From Paraspadella gotoi (taxonomy: Eukaryota > Animalia > Chaetognatha), in NCBI GenBank assembly GCA_051294375.1, contig CM119265.1:19333642-19397641 (forward strand): a DNA stretch of 64,000 bases, read 5' to 3'. A program made the position numbers and the translations under genes. Positions 62,401 to 64,000 of this stretch are shown here, piece by piece; position 1 is the stretch's first letter, and each line of letters begins with the position of its first letter. The notes under the pieces are model-generated. The model saw only the letters and a program-made list of their open reading frames with translations. It was not told where the DNA came from and searched no databases.

Positions 62401-62896
62401 AACGGGGGAGGAGACGAACGCGTATTAGGAATTAGTTGAGGTCGAAATGAGTCGAAAGGTCGTCTCTTCTTTCCTCTCGTTCGTCGCCGTTGTTGTCGTT
62501 GTTGTCGTTGTTGTAGTCGGGGCCTCAGCTCATTCTCTCAAGACGCCTTAGATTAGACGATTTTCGGTCGTCCATCACCGGAGAGAAGATGAGGAAATTT
62601 ATGAAAAACTCGAGACTGGTCCTTTAGTCTGGAAATAGCTTTAATTAAATGCGGGGTTTAATATATCCTAAGCAGCTTTTTTTTCCGCTTTTTGAATGTT
62701 TCTGGAAAGAACGGTAATCGATATTTATTACAATCATTTATCTTTATCTTCATATTCTCTGGCTATATTTTAACTAAATATTTTGCTCCTACGTTTCTAC
62801 GATGTAAAATCCATTTGCGATCGATGTGAACGAACATAACGTGGATTTATGAAAGAATCAATCAAATTAAAGCTCGCTGTCTCTCTCTCTCTTTCT

Positions 62897-62987
<91 letters not shown>

Positions 62988-64000
62988 TCTCTCTCCTTCG
63001 TAACACTCTTTTATCGGTCACTCACCCTAGAGCCTTTCAACTCAATCACTCTTTCCCCAAAATCAGAAAAGTGTAAAACGAGATTTTCCCGCCATTTATC
63101 CCCGATTCGTCACGACCAAATTCTAAAGTCCTCGACTCTAGTGACCCTTTGGTTCCGATAGCTTTTCAATGTCATCTCCCAATTTAAACTCATCATTGTA
63201 GAAGACATCCTTTGTCTCCCGACCTCCCGCTGCCTTTCCTCGTCCTTTAATGGTTGGATTTACCTTACCTTCTCTCACCTTCACCGTTTAAATCTTTTTC
63301 GACTGCATTCTCTTGTCCACAACCTGACTTTATCCCTCGACCGCCCCAAACTGTCCTCTTCCCAAGCCAGACTGTTTTTTCTCCTTTTCGCTCGAATGAA
63401 ACGAAAGGAACCCGCGTTTCTTCTTCGTCCACTTTTCGTGCCAACGATAAATTTTTTTGAGAGTCCCACCCATTAACTTCATCTCTTGCCCCTCTCCCCT
63501 CCCTATATTTTCGGCGTTTCAGTCAATCGGAAGCTCTTCTCTCACGCCAACGACCAATAAGCTTCGAAAGAGGCCCGATTTTTTTTTTCTCTCTCTCGGC
63601 TTTTTTTTTTTTCTGATTAGAGACTTTAGAGAGGTCCGGGTTAAAAAGCCTCTGTCCATATGTTGAACGAGGAAAAGGAAAAAAAATCAAGCGAACTTAG
63701 CCGTTTTGATTATTTCCTGACGAAATGGCTGAAACATTTTCCCCGGTGCCAAGAACTCTAAATCTAAATCTTTTAAATCTAAGGAGTTAACGAAAAGGCA
63801 CGTCCATCGCTTCCAATCTTCTGAAAATCATTTTATTCGTTTCATCTCGAGTTTCCAAATGATATTTTCGGCGATGGATGATTTTTCTGCTCCGTCGGCG
63901 CGAGGAACCGTATAATAATAAATATCCCCGTCTGCTCCTGACGCGTTAGACAATGTGGAAACGCCGAAATAAATGTTTATAAAGATTGTAATAAACAAAA

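Overview
AT-rich, microsatellite-dense eukaryotic DNA, most likely from a bilaterian invertebrate. It is a gapped draft assembly with several noisy, indel-rich patches and local duplications. Main content: (1) The 3' part of a multi-exon polycystin-1-like (PKD1L) gene on +, traced by GT-AG exons from 818 (TM2) through the TOP domain and channel segments to 33553, and probably on to terminal exons at 39008-40036. (2) A complete 10-coding-exon class A GPCR of the FMRFamide/sex-peptide-receptor-like group on - (44527->36132), apparently interleaved with the PKD1L 3' end. (3) Four tRNA genes (Leu x3, Pro) on -, around the first PKD1L exons. (4) A full-length CsRn1-clade Ty3/gypsy element and two degenerate LINEs. 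(5) The most unusual part: small non-coding LTR elements (TRIM-like). One is intact and young (43121-43870, 255-bp hairpin-rich LTRs, 4-bp TSD, PBS shared with the gypsy). Its LTRs carry a block resembling the 5S rRNA internal control region, a Cassandra-like design otherwise known from plants. A solo LTR and a second divergent family with collinear motifs are also present. All calls were made by eye, without database searches.
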